Shown one piece after another: positions 50,905 through 63,500 of a stretch of 64,000 nucleotides of DNA (position 1 is the stretch's first letter; each line of letters opens with the position of its first letter). A model generated the notes under the pieces. The model had not been told where the DNA came from, did no database searches, and worked only from the letters and a program-made list of their open reading frames with translations. Position numbers and translations under genes: made by a program. The DNA comes from Lenisia limosa (Eukaryota; Protista; Breviatea): positions 1 to 64,000 of the forward strand of contig LPNZ01005888.1 in NCBI GenBank assembly GCA_001655205.1, in the 5' to 3' direction.

Positions 50905-51571
50905 ATGGATAAGAAGAAGAATCTTAAGGAGTACATAGATGTGAAGGAGTTTCGTGAGAAGCTGCTGCGTTCCTCAACAAGTTTGCTTTTGTTTTACCAC
51001 TAAACTGGTCTCTCTGTTGCCTACTCATCTTGATTAGATGTTGCATTTCGTATATCAAACCGTCAAAAGCCCCAATTTGAAGAGAACGCCCTTGCAAAGG
51101 CAACGTCTTTTTTGGGGATGGCTGTCCAGAAGTCCAGCAACTGGGTAAATAAGGTATTCAGGGGTGTGGTTCTGTTGAAAGGCTTTTATCAAAATGATAA
51201 AATAAAGAGTCTAATGACTTAAACACGGACAATCACATTTAATTTCCTCAAGTCCTTTTACTAATAGGTGCGTGTGTGGCCATACTTCCAGCACCCCAGC
51301 ATCCCCAAGGCTCTTCATCTTCTTGGTGTACAAAAGGAAACAGCAGAACAAATCCCCAAGGTTGGCACAAATTCTGAAGATAAAATAATTTTTTATTGCA
51401 GTGTTACGTTGACACTGTAGAATCTCCTTGCCAGAGACTTTGACAGTGAGATGCTAGTTAGACGTACTTTTGCTGCTTATATCGATCTCCAGGTTGGAAG
51501 GTCTCAGCTACATCACATGGGAAAATGAAAATTGGTTCCAAGAATTTTCGAGCTACATTTTTATTTTTTGA
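50905..51571 (+). CDS. Small hypothetical protein
   Basis: MDKKKNLKEYIDVKEFREKLL..., exons VAFRISNRQKPQFEENALAKATSFLG and VRVWPYFQHPSIPKALHLLG with GT-AG boundaries. Confidence 0.55.
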
Positions 51572-51619
51572 TCGCCATTATCCTTTGATATGCGGTCTTT
51601 GATGTTGTTATATTGTATA

Positions 51620-51697
51620 CAGTGACCGGGATAAGTCTTGACCTATTTTCGTTGAAAAATCAGAGAGCAAATCGGTCAAGACTTATCCTGATCACTA
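51620..51697. mobile_element. 78-bp Tc1/mariner-type MITE with TA target-site duplication
   Basis: TA|CAGTGACCGGGATAAGTCTTGACC...GGTCAAGACTTATCCTGATCACTA|TA. Arms 51617-51648 and 51669-51700 are 28/32 complementary around a 20-nt spacer. CAGTG termini with TA flanks are typical of Tc1/mariner. Confidence 0.75.
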
Positions 51698-51992
51698 TAT
51701 CGTCTATTTTTCCAAGTTTCTAGAAAAAACACAAAACCAAAAATCCACATTCAGCTTCGCAGAGGTGAAGAGGCCTTTATAGCCCTCCTCACATAGGGTG
51801 TGGGAAGGAAGTGGAACACCCTATGTATGTATAGTGGTTAAGAAAAGGCCGACTCGCCAAAGCAGGAAGAAGACCACCGGCTGTGAACGCTTGGTATTCG
51901 ATTGTCTATTATAAACTTAAACTAATAGGCTGAACAAGTCTAATATAAGAAGAACTTTGTCATTTACGATATTTGCTCTCATCCAGTCAGAC

Positions 51993-53229
51993 ATGTTACT
52001 CTTTTTATGGCTTTTGTTTCTATCCTCCTTACTCTTCTTTCGAACAATCAAAGTCTTCATGAAAGAAAACAGGCTGATATGCAATACCTCCCTTGAAGAC
52101 ATCAACAACGTGTCAATGCGAGTAGTTTTTTTCTGGGCTTTGATCTAACATTCAAGATAATTTATACCCAATCCTCACGGATGTCGTTTTAGGTTCTTTC
52201 AATCATTCTGTTGCGCATCATCAATTCCTGGTGAACCAATTATCGACTTTCAATGATCCAAATTTAGATGTTTGGTGTCCTCCATCATCTACCACTCCCC
52301 CACCTCTACGCGTTGTATGTATCTTTGTAGTCTCTTTGTTTTATATCCACTTTTTTCTTCTTTAAATACATATATTCTCAAGTTAAGTGCTGTGCGTGAT
52401 TTTTTGGAGGGTTTTCCCTGGTTTGGAGGGTTTTTCTGATCCCCACAGATTTTTTTATTTTTCCAGGCTAAAATGGACCCAATAGCTGGAGCAAATCCAC
52501 ACACTCATCACTTCAACAGATTTTTTATTATTATTTAGGTGGCGGTTCTTGCTGCAGCTGCCGTACCCATTGTAACGTCTGCATCTAAAAATCATATCAC
52601 CTTGTTTTATTTGTGTTTACATCCCGTCTCTATTTTCTCATGTATATCCGAGCTAATAATATAGTTTGGGTATTGCCAAGAAACTTGTTGTTCCCGTTGC
52701 AACCCTTGCCATTATGGCCGCGCGAGATGCTCTTCCAACAACCTTCGGTGACTTTGCCAATATGGGTGAGCTTTGTCACACCGGTGCGTATTCATTTGCT
52801 GACCTCCCAGACACTAATCGAGTTACTGGACGAGGATCTTTAGGAAAGCGAATTATGGGCCTCAAAGTGGAGGTGAGCCTTTGTCGATCTTTTTATGTCT
52901 ATCCTCACCAAGTAGTATGCGCCACCAGTTCCCCAATACAGCTGGCTTGTGCGATTGTTCTATGGTTCTCCGCAGCAAGAAATCTACCCGGTGACACTGG
53001 AACAATCTGTGTCTCGAAACCTCTTTTATGCTGGGACTTTGAGTGGGTGTGGTGGCCTTTAATCTTTGTGGTGCAACCATCTCATTCTTCAGGTCTACTG
53101 AGGGCACCCTTCCCGATTTGCACAATTGGAGTTCTTGGCTCGGTCTTTGCTGGAGGCAAAATGATGACATCTCCGGTTGGCAAATCTATCTTTGACAAGG
53201 CCACCCATACTCGTGTCGTCAGTTTGTAG
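51993..53229 (+). CDS. RDD-family membrane protein (FAM8A1-like); start uncertain
   Basis: Hydrophobic exons, GKRIMGLKVE, and C-terminal KSIFDKATHTRVVSL*, matching the RDD G.T.GK...GL.V and LHD..A.T.VV motifs. Confidence 0.7.
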
Positions 53230-53327
53230 TGGTAGTGTACAATAGAGTATTTAATCGCATCTTGAGGTTCCCGTTTGTTCAAAGAAAAGATAGACATAAA
53301 ACTAGCATAGACCATTGATACACATTA

Positions 53328-55001
53328 TTACAGCCATTCATCATCATCCCTCTCAACCTAAAATAGTGAACAAAAAAATCTATCCCAGCCTCTTTTGGTA
53401 AAATCTCACCTCTTCAATTTTCGGGACTTCCTTTCCAGGAGAGAAGTCGAACACCCTTCGGCTCTTCTTAATAAGCTCAAGGGGAGTTTCCTGCAAAATC
53501 AGTTTGAACTTGCAAACAAAAACAATTCCTTCAACAAACCGAAATGTTTGAAGAGAATGCTGATGGCCCATTTGGGGTACGGGGAGAGTCTTCAACCTGC
53601 TTTGTGAGATACTATTCATAAAGCCTGAAAGTAGAAAAATAGCTGATGTCGCTTATACCTGAATTTGACGAACTCTTTTAGCTCTTGCGGGCGTCTTAAA
53701 TTCCTAGAGTGTCAATCTAACCAAAATACTTGGACACATGACCTGGACCACCCACTTTTCCTCCATGTCTCTTTTCGATTTTCGGCTTTTCCTCATTTGC
53801 AACGTCTGCAGCACATGTCTGATGGAAAGTTGCCGTTGTGAGCATGATTGCTGATCGAACTTCGTCGTATTTAGTTGCGTCACGAATGCTGAAAGTCTAA
53901 AAGTCGTCAAAATCAAAGAAACCCAGTGTTGTACCTTGGCGATGTTGAGAATAGCAGCCTCCGCAGTAGCCACCTCCTCCTTCAGTTTGGCTTGCAAGTG
54001 ACGGGCCGCCATAGAAAATTCCACGCCTATTCAATCACTACTACTTTTTCAGTCGCCTACATTCAGCAACCTTTGTCAGATCTTCGTTAATGTGGGCAAC
54101 CATTTGGCCAATTTCTCGGGAGTTGTAAGCTGAACGGTAAAAGTTGGGTCAAAGCAAAGCAGATTCGTCCCTACGCTCTGGTTCCTGAGGCAAGACACAA
54201 GGTTTGATTTGATCCTTCACCATCGATGCAAGGCTTCTGTTTGTTCGTCCCATAATACAGAAAGCCTGGAATGTGTGACCTTCAATGATGGCATTTCTAC
54301 CTGTGGAAGGGCATCAAGGTACAGCTTCTTTGGTCGATTATCACCATTGGCAAAAGCAACAATACGAGAAGCAACCTGGAGTGTCATGAACCCATAAAAC
54401 CCACCTCCTGAACCCGAGCCAGGCTCGACGCTTTCACAGTGGTCGCGAATTTGATGGGAACTTGAAGTGACTAAAGTGTCACGTGTTTCATAGTTTCAAT
54501 TTGATAAGACTGCACTACTACTAACTCACCTCAACTACAGATTCCACATTCGTTACTGTTTCGATGAGGGTCTTCTTGGCGACAACCTTTTCAAGAAGGC
54601 CAGGGTCCTTTTTGAACTACAAAGTTAAAAATCAGACAACAAACAGCGTTGATGAAATCTCTCATTTTGTCGTTATCGGGTTCCAAAGCAAGCTAAAAAA
54701 AATGAGACAACAAAAATACACAGAGCTATGTCTTACAATTCCAGGTGTGATCTTTGGTAAACGTGTGATAAAGGAGTCCGGCAGCTAAAGGTTAAGCATA
54801 AAAAACAAGAGGGCTTACATTAAGGGGTTTGGACCAATCATCAACTTCGATTCCCTCTGATTTCTCGAGAAGCAGTAAATTCTCTGAACCGGTTACAGGT
54901 TCATTAATATATGAAGAAATCTCTCAAAATATGGAACAATTAACAAAGAAAGTCTCTGCTACGCTTTGAATTGGGAATTTTAAGGACAATGATATCCCCA
55001 T
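53328..55001 (-). CDS. Hypothetical protein ending in an acidic DDDEW motif; may be the 3' part of the gene at 55100-56931
   Basis: Open exons (ISSYINEPVTGSENLLLLEK, VASRIVAFANGDNRP, LQAKLKEEVATAEAAILNIAK); the last exon is VERDDDEWL*. Confidence 0.55.
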
Positions 55002-55099
55002 ATGCGTCCGTTCAAAATTCTAGTTTTTTCTTCTTCCTTCTAGCTTGGCATTGTTCTTTTTTTTGTTTTGTTATCTATATCATATGGATGGAAGTAGAA

Positions 55100-56931
55100 A
55101 GTAATCACCCCAGGGTAAAAGGGAGACCAAAGCCCAAGTAATTTTACTTATATTTCTTGAAATAAAAATATCTGTTTCTCTCAAAATAAGTGAACCTCAT
55201 CAAAGTATAGAAAAAGAAAAAAACCCCAAAAATACCGAAGAAAGTCAACAATAATAACATCTTTTTTGGAATAATAAACTAATACAGTTTCCAAAAACAA
55301 GCTTGGGATTATGTGAAGCCCCCCCCCCCCACGCAGTTGCAAGTGTTCCATGAACCCAGTCACGGGTTTAGCTGACGACGCAGACGATGCTGAGGTCTTT
55401 GGTGTTTTTTTGGCCTTGTCTCCCTTGAGAAGAGCCCAGTCTTCAAGCTAAAACGAGTGAATCTGATACTGGTCTACAGTTCAGGCCTCTGAACCAGCTA
55501 AACAAAAGAAAAAAAAAATTAATTTTTATATTTTAACATCTTTCCTATAGTTCTCCATCCTACTGGCATAATGAATTCAAATGCTGACTCAGAGTAACGT
55601 TCCTATAGAACAGTCAGTTGAGTTAAAGCCACAAACCTGTGACGCTGCAACATGGATCTTCTTGAACTTGGACAACGACGGCATGCCAGGAGCTGGAGGG
55701 GCGCCAGGGGGACCCGCGGGCATTGGACCCATGGGGGGAGGAGGTGGGGGAGGAGGTGCAAGTGACTGATCCATGAGATACGAACCCACATGTCACTTTA
55801 CAATAACACAGCAAACCGGAGGAGTGGAGGGAACATTCTGAGGGATTTGAGGTGGCTGTTGTTGGGATGGAGAATTGTCTGAGAGCAAATCTTCCGTTAA
55901 TGCTTGTTTGAATATGTTGACGATAGGTGAAGGGTCAAATAGTGCTGCAGCAGAAATACGGGATAACGATCTTATCGTTTCTCTATTTTGTTAGAAATGA
56001 CTAAAAAGGTGGGGCACTCACCTTGCAGGACTAAGGGGGATTCTCCATTTCTCAGTCATCATTGTAAGAATCTTTCCACATTCTTTTTCCTCTTTCTAAA
56101 AAAAATATAAATACAATCTACCATTTACACCGAGCCTACACTAAAAGCGATACAAACGAGTCTCGCTGAGAACCCTCGGGTATGTTGAATGGCAAAACCA
56201 CAAGACAACGTAGCTCCAATGATGTAGGCCACATGAACCTGAGTATTTCAAAATGATGAAGGATCTCCTCATCTCTTACAATCATATCAAAACTCATTGA
56301 TACCAGGTGGTTGGAAACAAAGTTTTGAAACAATCCGTCTGTCAGGAGGCCTTCAAGACCTAATTCCGTAACTCCTCCACATTCTGAACAAAAAAAAAAA
56401 AAAATAAAATAATAATAATAAAGCGACTGAGCAAACCAGAATCAGGGGTAAATCCAGCCTTGATACGTCTGAAGAGGCACTCAAATATTGCAGCCATGGA
56501 TTGGTTGGTGGGGAACTGTTTTCAGTGAATAGTTGTACTTTAGGACAGAGAAACGGGAAGGAAGACAACAGGGAGAAAGATAACATCATAAACCCTGCGA
56601 ATTGATGAACAAAGATCCAGGGGTGATGAGAATTGTTTTGAAGAAGTGGAAGTACAATCGCAAACCGCGTGGAGCATTTTGACAAGAACATGGTAGGAGA
56701 CAGAGGGGGAAGAGGCAGCAGCAACAAGGTACTTTGCAAGGGTGCATTCAGAGTCTGGGGTGCTGAAGAAAAAGTGATTAATGTGTTTGGGACAAAATCA
56801 TAAATCTGCCACATCCTACCAAGGAAGACGGAGGAAAGATTCATCAGTGATAGTGATGGGGGAAGAACCCTAAAAATCAGTTGAAAAAGAAGTGTGGATG
56901 ATACCTTTTCGTCAAGAGAAGGTTCATCCAT
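55100..56931 (-). CDS. Hypothetical protein with a poly-proline tract; 3' end uncertain
   Basis: MDEPSLDEK..., SLAPPPPPPPMGPMPAGPPGAPPAPGMPSLSKFKK and AKPVTGFMEHLQL. Confidence 0.6.
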
Positions 56932-57099
56932 TTTGCTTATTTCACAGGAAACTTTGAGAAAAGGCAATAGAGAGACAAAAGGTGACAACTAATCCAAGTT
57001 TACATGATACACCAAAAATCTTTGCTGTTGTCCTAAACTCTCAAGTAAGATATAAAAATATAAAATTATAAAATCAGTATTAACAAAGTTAGCGGGGTT

Positions 57100-60000
57100 A
57101 TGGCGGGATTTGAGAGGGGCTGGGAAAAATCCTCATTTGAAATTTCAAGATTAGATCTGGTAGATCTGCGACCTCAAAAATCACTGCTGCTGGTTTTCTG
57201 TAGTCTGGACACCCCAGTACCTGACTTCTCAGTTTCCTTCTCCTTGTTGGGGTTAGTTTCAAGGGGGATCCGCTCCTGGAAAACATACACCGCCAGTCAA
57301 AAGTCCCCCCCCCCCCTAACAGCTAACAANNNNNNNNNNNNNNNNNNNNNNNNNNNNNNNNNNNNNNNNNNNNNNNNNNNNNNNNNNNAAATCCAGGAGC
57401 TGCTAAACGACAAGGTCATCTTAGAAGCAAAGCTCAGACAGCTTCAAATCGACCTCAACAATGTTGGTCTTGTCAGGTAACTGGTCTCACCGTGTAGCAA
57501 AACCACATCCACCAAGCGACTATTGCACAGCTTGAGAGCCGCATCCACCAGTTCACTGCCGCCGCAGAGGAAGTTGGCGGGAGAATTTTTCACCAAATCA
57601 ATCTTTTTCTGTACGGCCGTAATAATATGGTCAATCATATCAATTGGGTAATTTTACAATTGTGAACTGGCAATATCATATGCCTCCTATCGTTCATATG
57701 ATCATATTCGTGATATGGGGAAATTGATGGTGATTTAATGGTACAGAATGCGAGGCAGAAAATTGCAACTGGTGAAAGAATACGAAAACTCGAGGTAGGA
57801 AGGGGTGTTGCAGAGAATTGGATATGGTTTTTTGGAAATACACTGGATCTGGCCTCATTAAATTATGCTTAAATTCCAAATATTGAGCCAAAGTAATATG
57901 GATTTTTATAGGAGGAGCGATTGGAGAAAGAGACGGCACTGGAGTTTCATCGGACAATAATTTCAGAGATGAGGCAGGAAATGGAGGAAATCTCTGTAGG
58001 CAACGGTATTGAAGGCTGTCATGATATTGACAATGGGATAAAACGATTTGACTTAACCGCGTACATCTTCATAGTTTAGCGTACAACAGCCCACAATACA
58101 CAGTATCATCAGTCAGAAGTGGCTGACCTCAAGAGAGCTGTCGCTCAAGCTAATAGCGAGGTAATGTCCAACTGGATATTAAAGGTGCTGATTTTGAAAC
58201 ATGTTCACAAGTACATCTGCCTTCGTATCCAACATTAAAGGCTCAAATGGCTGCTGTGACAAATAGTAACACGTCCACCCACAATCAAGTAAGTGCTCTC
58301 AACCAATGCCCTTCTCACCAACCAGTCCCTTCACTCCGAACTTGACAGTGCTTTAAGCGAAATAACTGCGTATCAAAATCGACTCAGTACAATGTTAGCT
58401 GATGTGAGTATTCTCCTATTGTGTAATTTTCAGAAATCTACTGTGATGTCACAGCTTTCAAGTCAAAAGGAGAATAATAAGGAATTGGAAAGTCAAATCA
58501 ACAAACTGAAGTGAGTATTGTTGTATGTAATATAATAGTTAAGATCCACAATAGCTTCTCAAGACAGCATTGTAGAAGCAAGAAGGTCAGACCATTCGGC
58601 TGAACTTCAGGTAGAGGTGAATAATTGTTTCTCATGATTTAGGCGCTCCGAACCGAGGCAATTAACCTGAGGGCTGAGCTGAGGGTTAGAATTACTCGTT
58701 GTGCTGTCCAGATATCCTTTTCACCTTTTTACAGCATTATTAACAGTTTTTAACAGGCAGCTGAACTTCAAACAACATCCATCCAGGCCCTTCAACAGCA
58801 GCATGTTGCCATATTGTCGCAATCTCAGCTGAAGAAGGATAATTCCGAAACGAATATCTCTGCTGCGGTGGAAATCAGAGTAAGAATCTTTGTTTAAACA
58901 AGCATTGTTACAATATCTCATCTGCAGAGCTTAAGGCACCAATTAGATCTGGAGAAGTCCACCAATGCCACCCAATCGAGAAATATAAAAGGTATTGGTC
59001 GATATTGTATCACGTTTTGGGTCATGTTCACACGTGTTAACTATTATTTTCCACGCAGTGATATGGTGTCTCACTGATACTCTGATACACTCGGGATGAA
59101 GTCTTGTGTTATCTCCACTCATTTAGACTTGAAAGTCGGCCATACACATCACTAGTGGAAATGAGACAACATTTTTGTTTCTTTTTTGTAGTAGTATTTG
59201 TCACACATTACTGGACCTGGTGGATAAAGGAAAACAAATTGACGTTGAATTAATCAAATAGATTTTGAGAATTCGCTTCATGAAAGTTCCCTTCTTATCC
59301 GAAAATTGGAGTCCGAGAGAAATGATCTTGAGAGAAAAGTAAAACACTCGTCTCTTTTTATGCTTTTAGATTCGTCTTGATTTACCCGAAAAACATGCGA
59401 ATGAATCGCGAGCCCTTTTGACGAAGGTAAATTAGCTAATCATTTGACGTGTCAGATCTCGGATTTGGAGTCACAACTGAGTATTCAATTAGCAGACAAC
59501 AGCCAAATGAAATCTGAACTAAGAACACTGTCCAGTCGTATTGATAAACTTGGGCAAGTCAGTCTCAACTATGAGGTGTGTTTTCATTCTTAGTTTAATC
59601 CCCCACAGTCAAGGGCAAAAAAAGCTGAAGCTTCCTGTCAGGTGTTTGAAGAAAAGGTAAGAGGGCACTCAATTTATGAGACGTAATAATATGGCCTGGA
59701 TTTCTAATGTTGTTTTATTCATTCAAACCAGGCCCATACTGCATCACACAACCAAGCCATGGTAGTTGAAACTCTAAGGAAGTTAGAGAAAGAAACATCA
59801 ATGACCAAAAGCCAGGCATTCAGGTTTGATTCTTTCTTCTAGGTTACCTTTCGTTCTCTGACTGACTCTTCAGCACCCAACAACAAGCATTGGAGGAAGT
59901 CAGAAATGCCAGGACGAAAGTTTGTTAAAGAATGTAATCTCTAATTCTTCAGATTGAAGAGTTACAGACAGCTAAGCTCCTTGTCGAAGTTAAACTGAAG

Positions 60001-60363
60001 TCCAGTCAAGAGCAAAGTGGGTCCTTCTGGTGATTTGATGTTACTCTTTAGTTGATGAACTAAGAGCGGAGGTAATGAGGTCACGTGGAGCGTCGTTAGT
60101 AGGCTGGGGGAGTGGAATTCTTCAAATTACAATTTCTCACATGAAAGGTGTACCCATCACATCACCAAGAAATCCACCAAAGGCCTCTGCCACAGTCGAA
60201 GTTTGAACCTTCGGACAGGCCACTCACATCTTCAGCTCTCAGGAACAGCTATTTGGAAGGTTATGGTATGAGGTTCCTCCCATCAATTCTGGCTTTATTA
60301 TTATGCTTTACTTTTTGTAACAACTGCCAGAGGTTTCCAAAGAAGCCATTAGAGCCAAGATAA
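57100..60363 (+). CDS. Long coiled-coil protein; start uncertain
   Basis: Heptad-rich exons (IQELLNDKVILEAKLRQLQIDLNN, LHSELDSALSEITAYQNRLSTML, KELESQINKLK); C-terminal PKKPLEPR*. Confidence 0.7.
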
Positions 60364-60540
60364 TGGACAATGCAGATTCGGTTGAAAAGGCGTATTAGGT
60401 GTAAGGTATTAACTATTGGAATGTATTTAATGGATTTATGAAAATCGTATCGTGGGCAAGAGATTGTGCGTTCCACTACCATACATAAAACGAAGCCATA
60501 CAAAACTTATAGCGGATGTTGAAGCGGTTGTTTTGTTCTT

Positions 60541-63500
60541 TCATCTTATCTGGGACTTGAATTTGGAGACTTTTTTGGGGGCTTCTTCATTATCTTTGAT
60601 TGATTCGCTTTGAGGTTGTGATCCCTTCTTCTTCACTTGGATTCCTCCAATCTAGAGAGTAACAAGTTCTTCCAAAGCACTGTTAACATTTCATTTTTGG
60701 TAATATTATATCATATCATCGATTTTGGGTTTTAACAATTTGAGTGATATTGAATATTGGGATTACAAAAGCCCGCAACTTTAACATGCTGAAGCGGCTC
60801 AGCCGGGGGTTGCTCCTTTTTGCTGGCAGTGGAAGTCAGTGGCTTTGAACCCAACAGTCCAGAAACTTCGATGCCATTCTCGCCCTGGATGTCAAGACAA
60901 ATAAAACCCTACTTTCCTGACTTTGACTTTGTACTCCACTGTTTCGTCAGATCCTTCCGCTTGCGTGGACAGTGACATCACCATGGCTTCTTCTCCATCC
61001 TTGGACCATTAGGATGCAATAAGAGAGATTAGGTGACTATTGTGCTTCTCCGAAATACAGTAATAGGTGAATTCTATAATCAATCTCTCTTTAAACGTGG
61101 TAGTGTGCTTTGGTCAAAATCCCTTTATTATATCTTTAATTGATACACACTATATCATATCATACATATATAATAACTATTACTACTATATCATCGAGTA
61201 CTACTCTAAATCATAATACATAGATGCTCCCAAGTAATTATATCATATATGATATATATACTACTCATTGTATGTAATATCATATGCATATTGTAGAGTC
61301 AACGCTTCAAAATTAACAGGACACATTAAAATCCCAGATAGCTTGAGTTTTCCATATAAAATCACCATAAACTATCTTTCCCTTATGTTTTCGAAAGTAA
61401 TTTCAAAAACGCCTACTTTATATATTGTCGGGTCAAAACCAAAGTCCCTTAGTTCTCAGTTTATGGCCCAAATACTGTCAAAAACACACAAAACCGTTTT
61501 AAAAGGCCACATTCAAGGAACAAATGGCAACTACCCGGGAAAGTTTACCCATGTAGAATGTGCTATTATGAGCACTTTTCTCTCAAAATTCACCATTACA
61601 TTGCCAAAGCAAAGGGGAACCGGAATTGGTAAATTTTTTTTTGTTTCTTAACACTAAAAGAGGGTAAGATTTAGAAAAAAACTCGGTGAAAAGGCAAAAG
61701 GAGGACGGACCCCGGTAGACAATCTGTCCGGGAGTTTTGACGTGTCTGGTGAATTTTGAATGATGTCCGGAGCTTTGAGGACCGATGAGATGATATACTT
61801 TTATGATATCTACATCACGCCCATCAAGTGCCAGAAGATTATCTGATGCACGTTTAAAAACTTGCACCAACTCCACTCACCACAACAATGTCGTCCGGCA
61901 CGGGGACCTGGACAGGTACTTTATTCTTCTCAATTTTCGGTTCAGGAACCTCATCTTCCTCTTTTTCTTCCTTTTTAGAAGAAGGGTTCTCCTAAATCAA
62001 TGAGCAAAAGCTCAACAAATATCACCAAGATAATCACCTGGCTTTCTAAGTACGCAATAGCTTCTTTATACGATTCTGGTAGGCTTTTGTAGTAGTCGTC
62101 CAACATTGAGCCAGGAATCGGCCGAGGAATGAGCTAAATGATTAAAATCGGAACAACGATGAGCACTTTCCTCAGCCGCCAACTGTATAGTCAATGCCTT
62201 CCACCTCCTCATCACTACTCGACATGTCCCATGTGAAGTTGCCTGTTTTCGGATCCCTTCTCAGAAGATCACTGTATGAAATATAGTCTGTAATCTAAAG
62301 TATCAGGTTTCATCACAGGTTTTTACCTTCGGCATTTCTTCAGCAGATATGACACCGTTTTCACTGACTCTCTTTTGAACCTGCAAAGTAACAATTCGGC
62401 TCAGCGGACACAAACCTGTGCTTGGTAAGCGGATCTGACTTCACGCAGGTCATTTTTGTGCATATCATCATCATCCAAGTCAAAGTCGCCGTCTGTTGTG
62501 TCATCGCGCTTGCGTACCTGTGGGATCAAAAACTGCCTCTTCAGCTCTCTTTGACTTACCTTGAGAGGTCCTTTGAAAACGGACTTGTCTTCCACCTAAA
62601 GAGTAAACCATTTGACTTGATCTCACCTCCACTTTAGCTTTTCCTTCGACTGGTCTTTTCACCGTCTTACTCAACACTACTTCTGAAAATATTATTGATA
62701 GATTATCGTGGATTCCAATCCTATCCAAAACAAAAGCTATGGAGACAAATGAAGCAGTTTAACTTCGTAAGACAGAAACAGCACCTACCTCCTCCATCAT
62801 CATCGTCAACAGCGCGGCTTCCAATAGCCTTCTTCTTTGGACTAGACAATAAGACTCTGAAACGGGTTCCTACATTGAGAAAGGTGATATACCACTTGAA
62901 ACATGTGCCGCACTCCCAACAGTACCATCCTGCAGAATCAGTTTTACAATATATTGAAACTGACATCTGCATTCACTCCTTCGATATTCCATTCAAGTTT
63001 GTCTCTCTTTTCCTGGGCATTTTTTTCCTGGGCATAGTTTTGCATCTTTTCTTCGTTTTTCTTTTCAAGAATTTTTCTTTCCTCTGCTATTCTCTGCTTC
63101 TCTTCCCTTTCCTTTCGGAGCTTCTTGAAGAAATACTCCGGGGTTGGGACGTATGGGTCTTCATCATCTGCAAGAATCACTCAGGGACTCAAATATATTT
63201 CATTATTAGCCCTTTCCGTTTGATAGTAAACAATACCCAATAGAGCAAACCAGAATCAGCCAGTTCTTCAGCACGTTGCAGTTCCTTTGTCCACAAATCC
63301 CAGTCTTCCGCTGTCAATTTATCCTTCTCGGCCGCTTCTGCTTCCTTCTTTGCTGCTCTAGATAGGATTTAGAAATCAATCCAAAGAAGAAAGGAAAACT
63401 AATGGTCAAAAAGTATGAAACCGAATCCAAAAACCTCAAAGATTCAGCCACTGCCGCATTTTCCTCTTCAAGTGCTTCTTCCTTGTCAAGGTTCAGTACC

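Noticed and set aside
58712-58756. ATATCCTTT resembling a U12 AT-AC donor
   Set aside because: An AT-AC splice shifts the frame, whereas the enclosing GT-AG intron keeps the coiled-coil frame.
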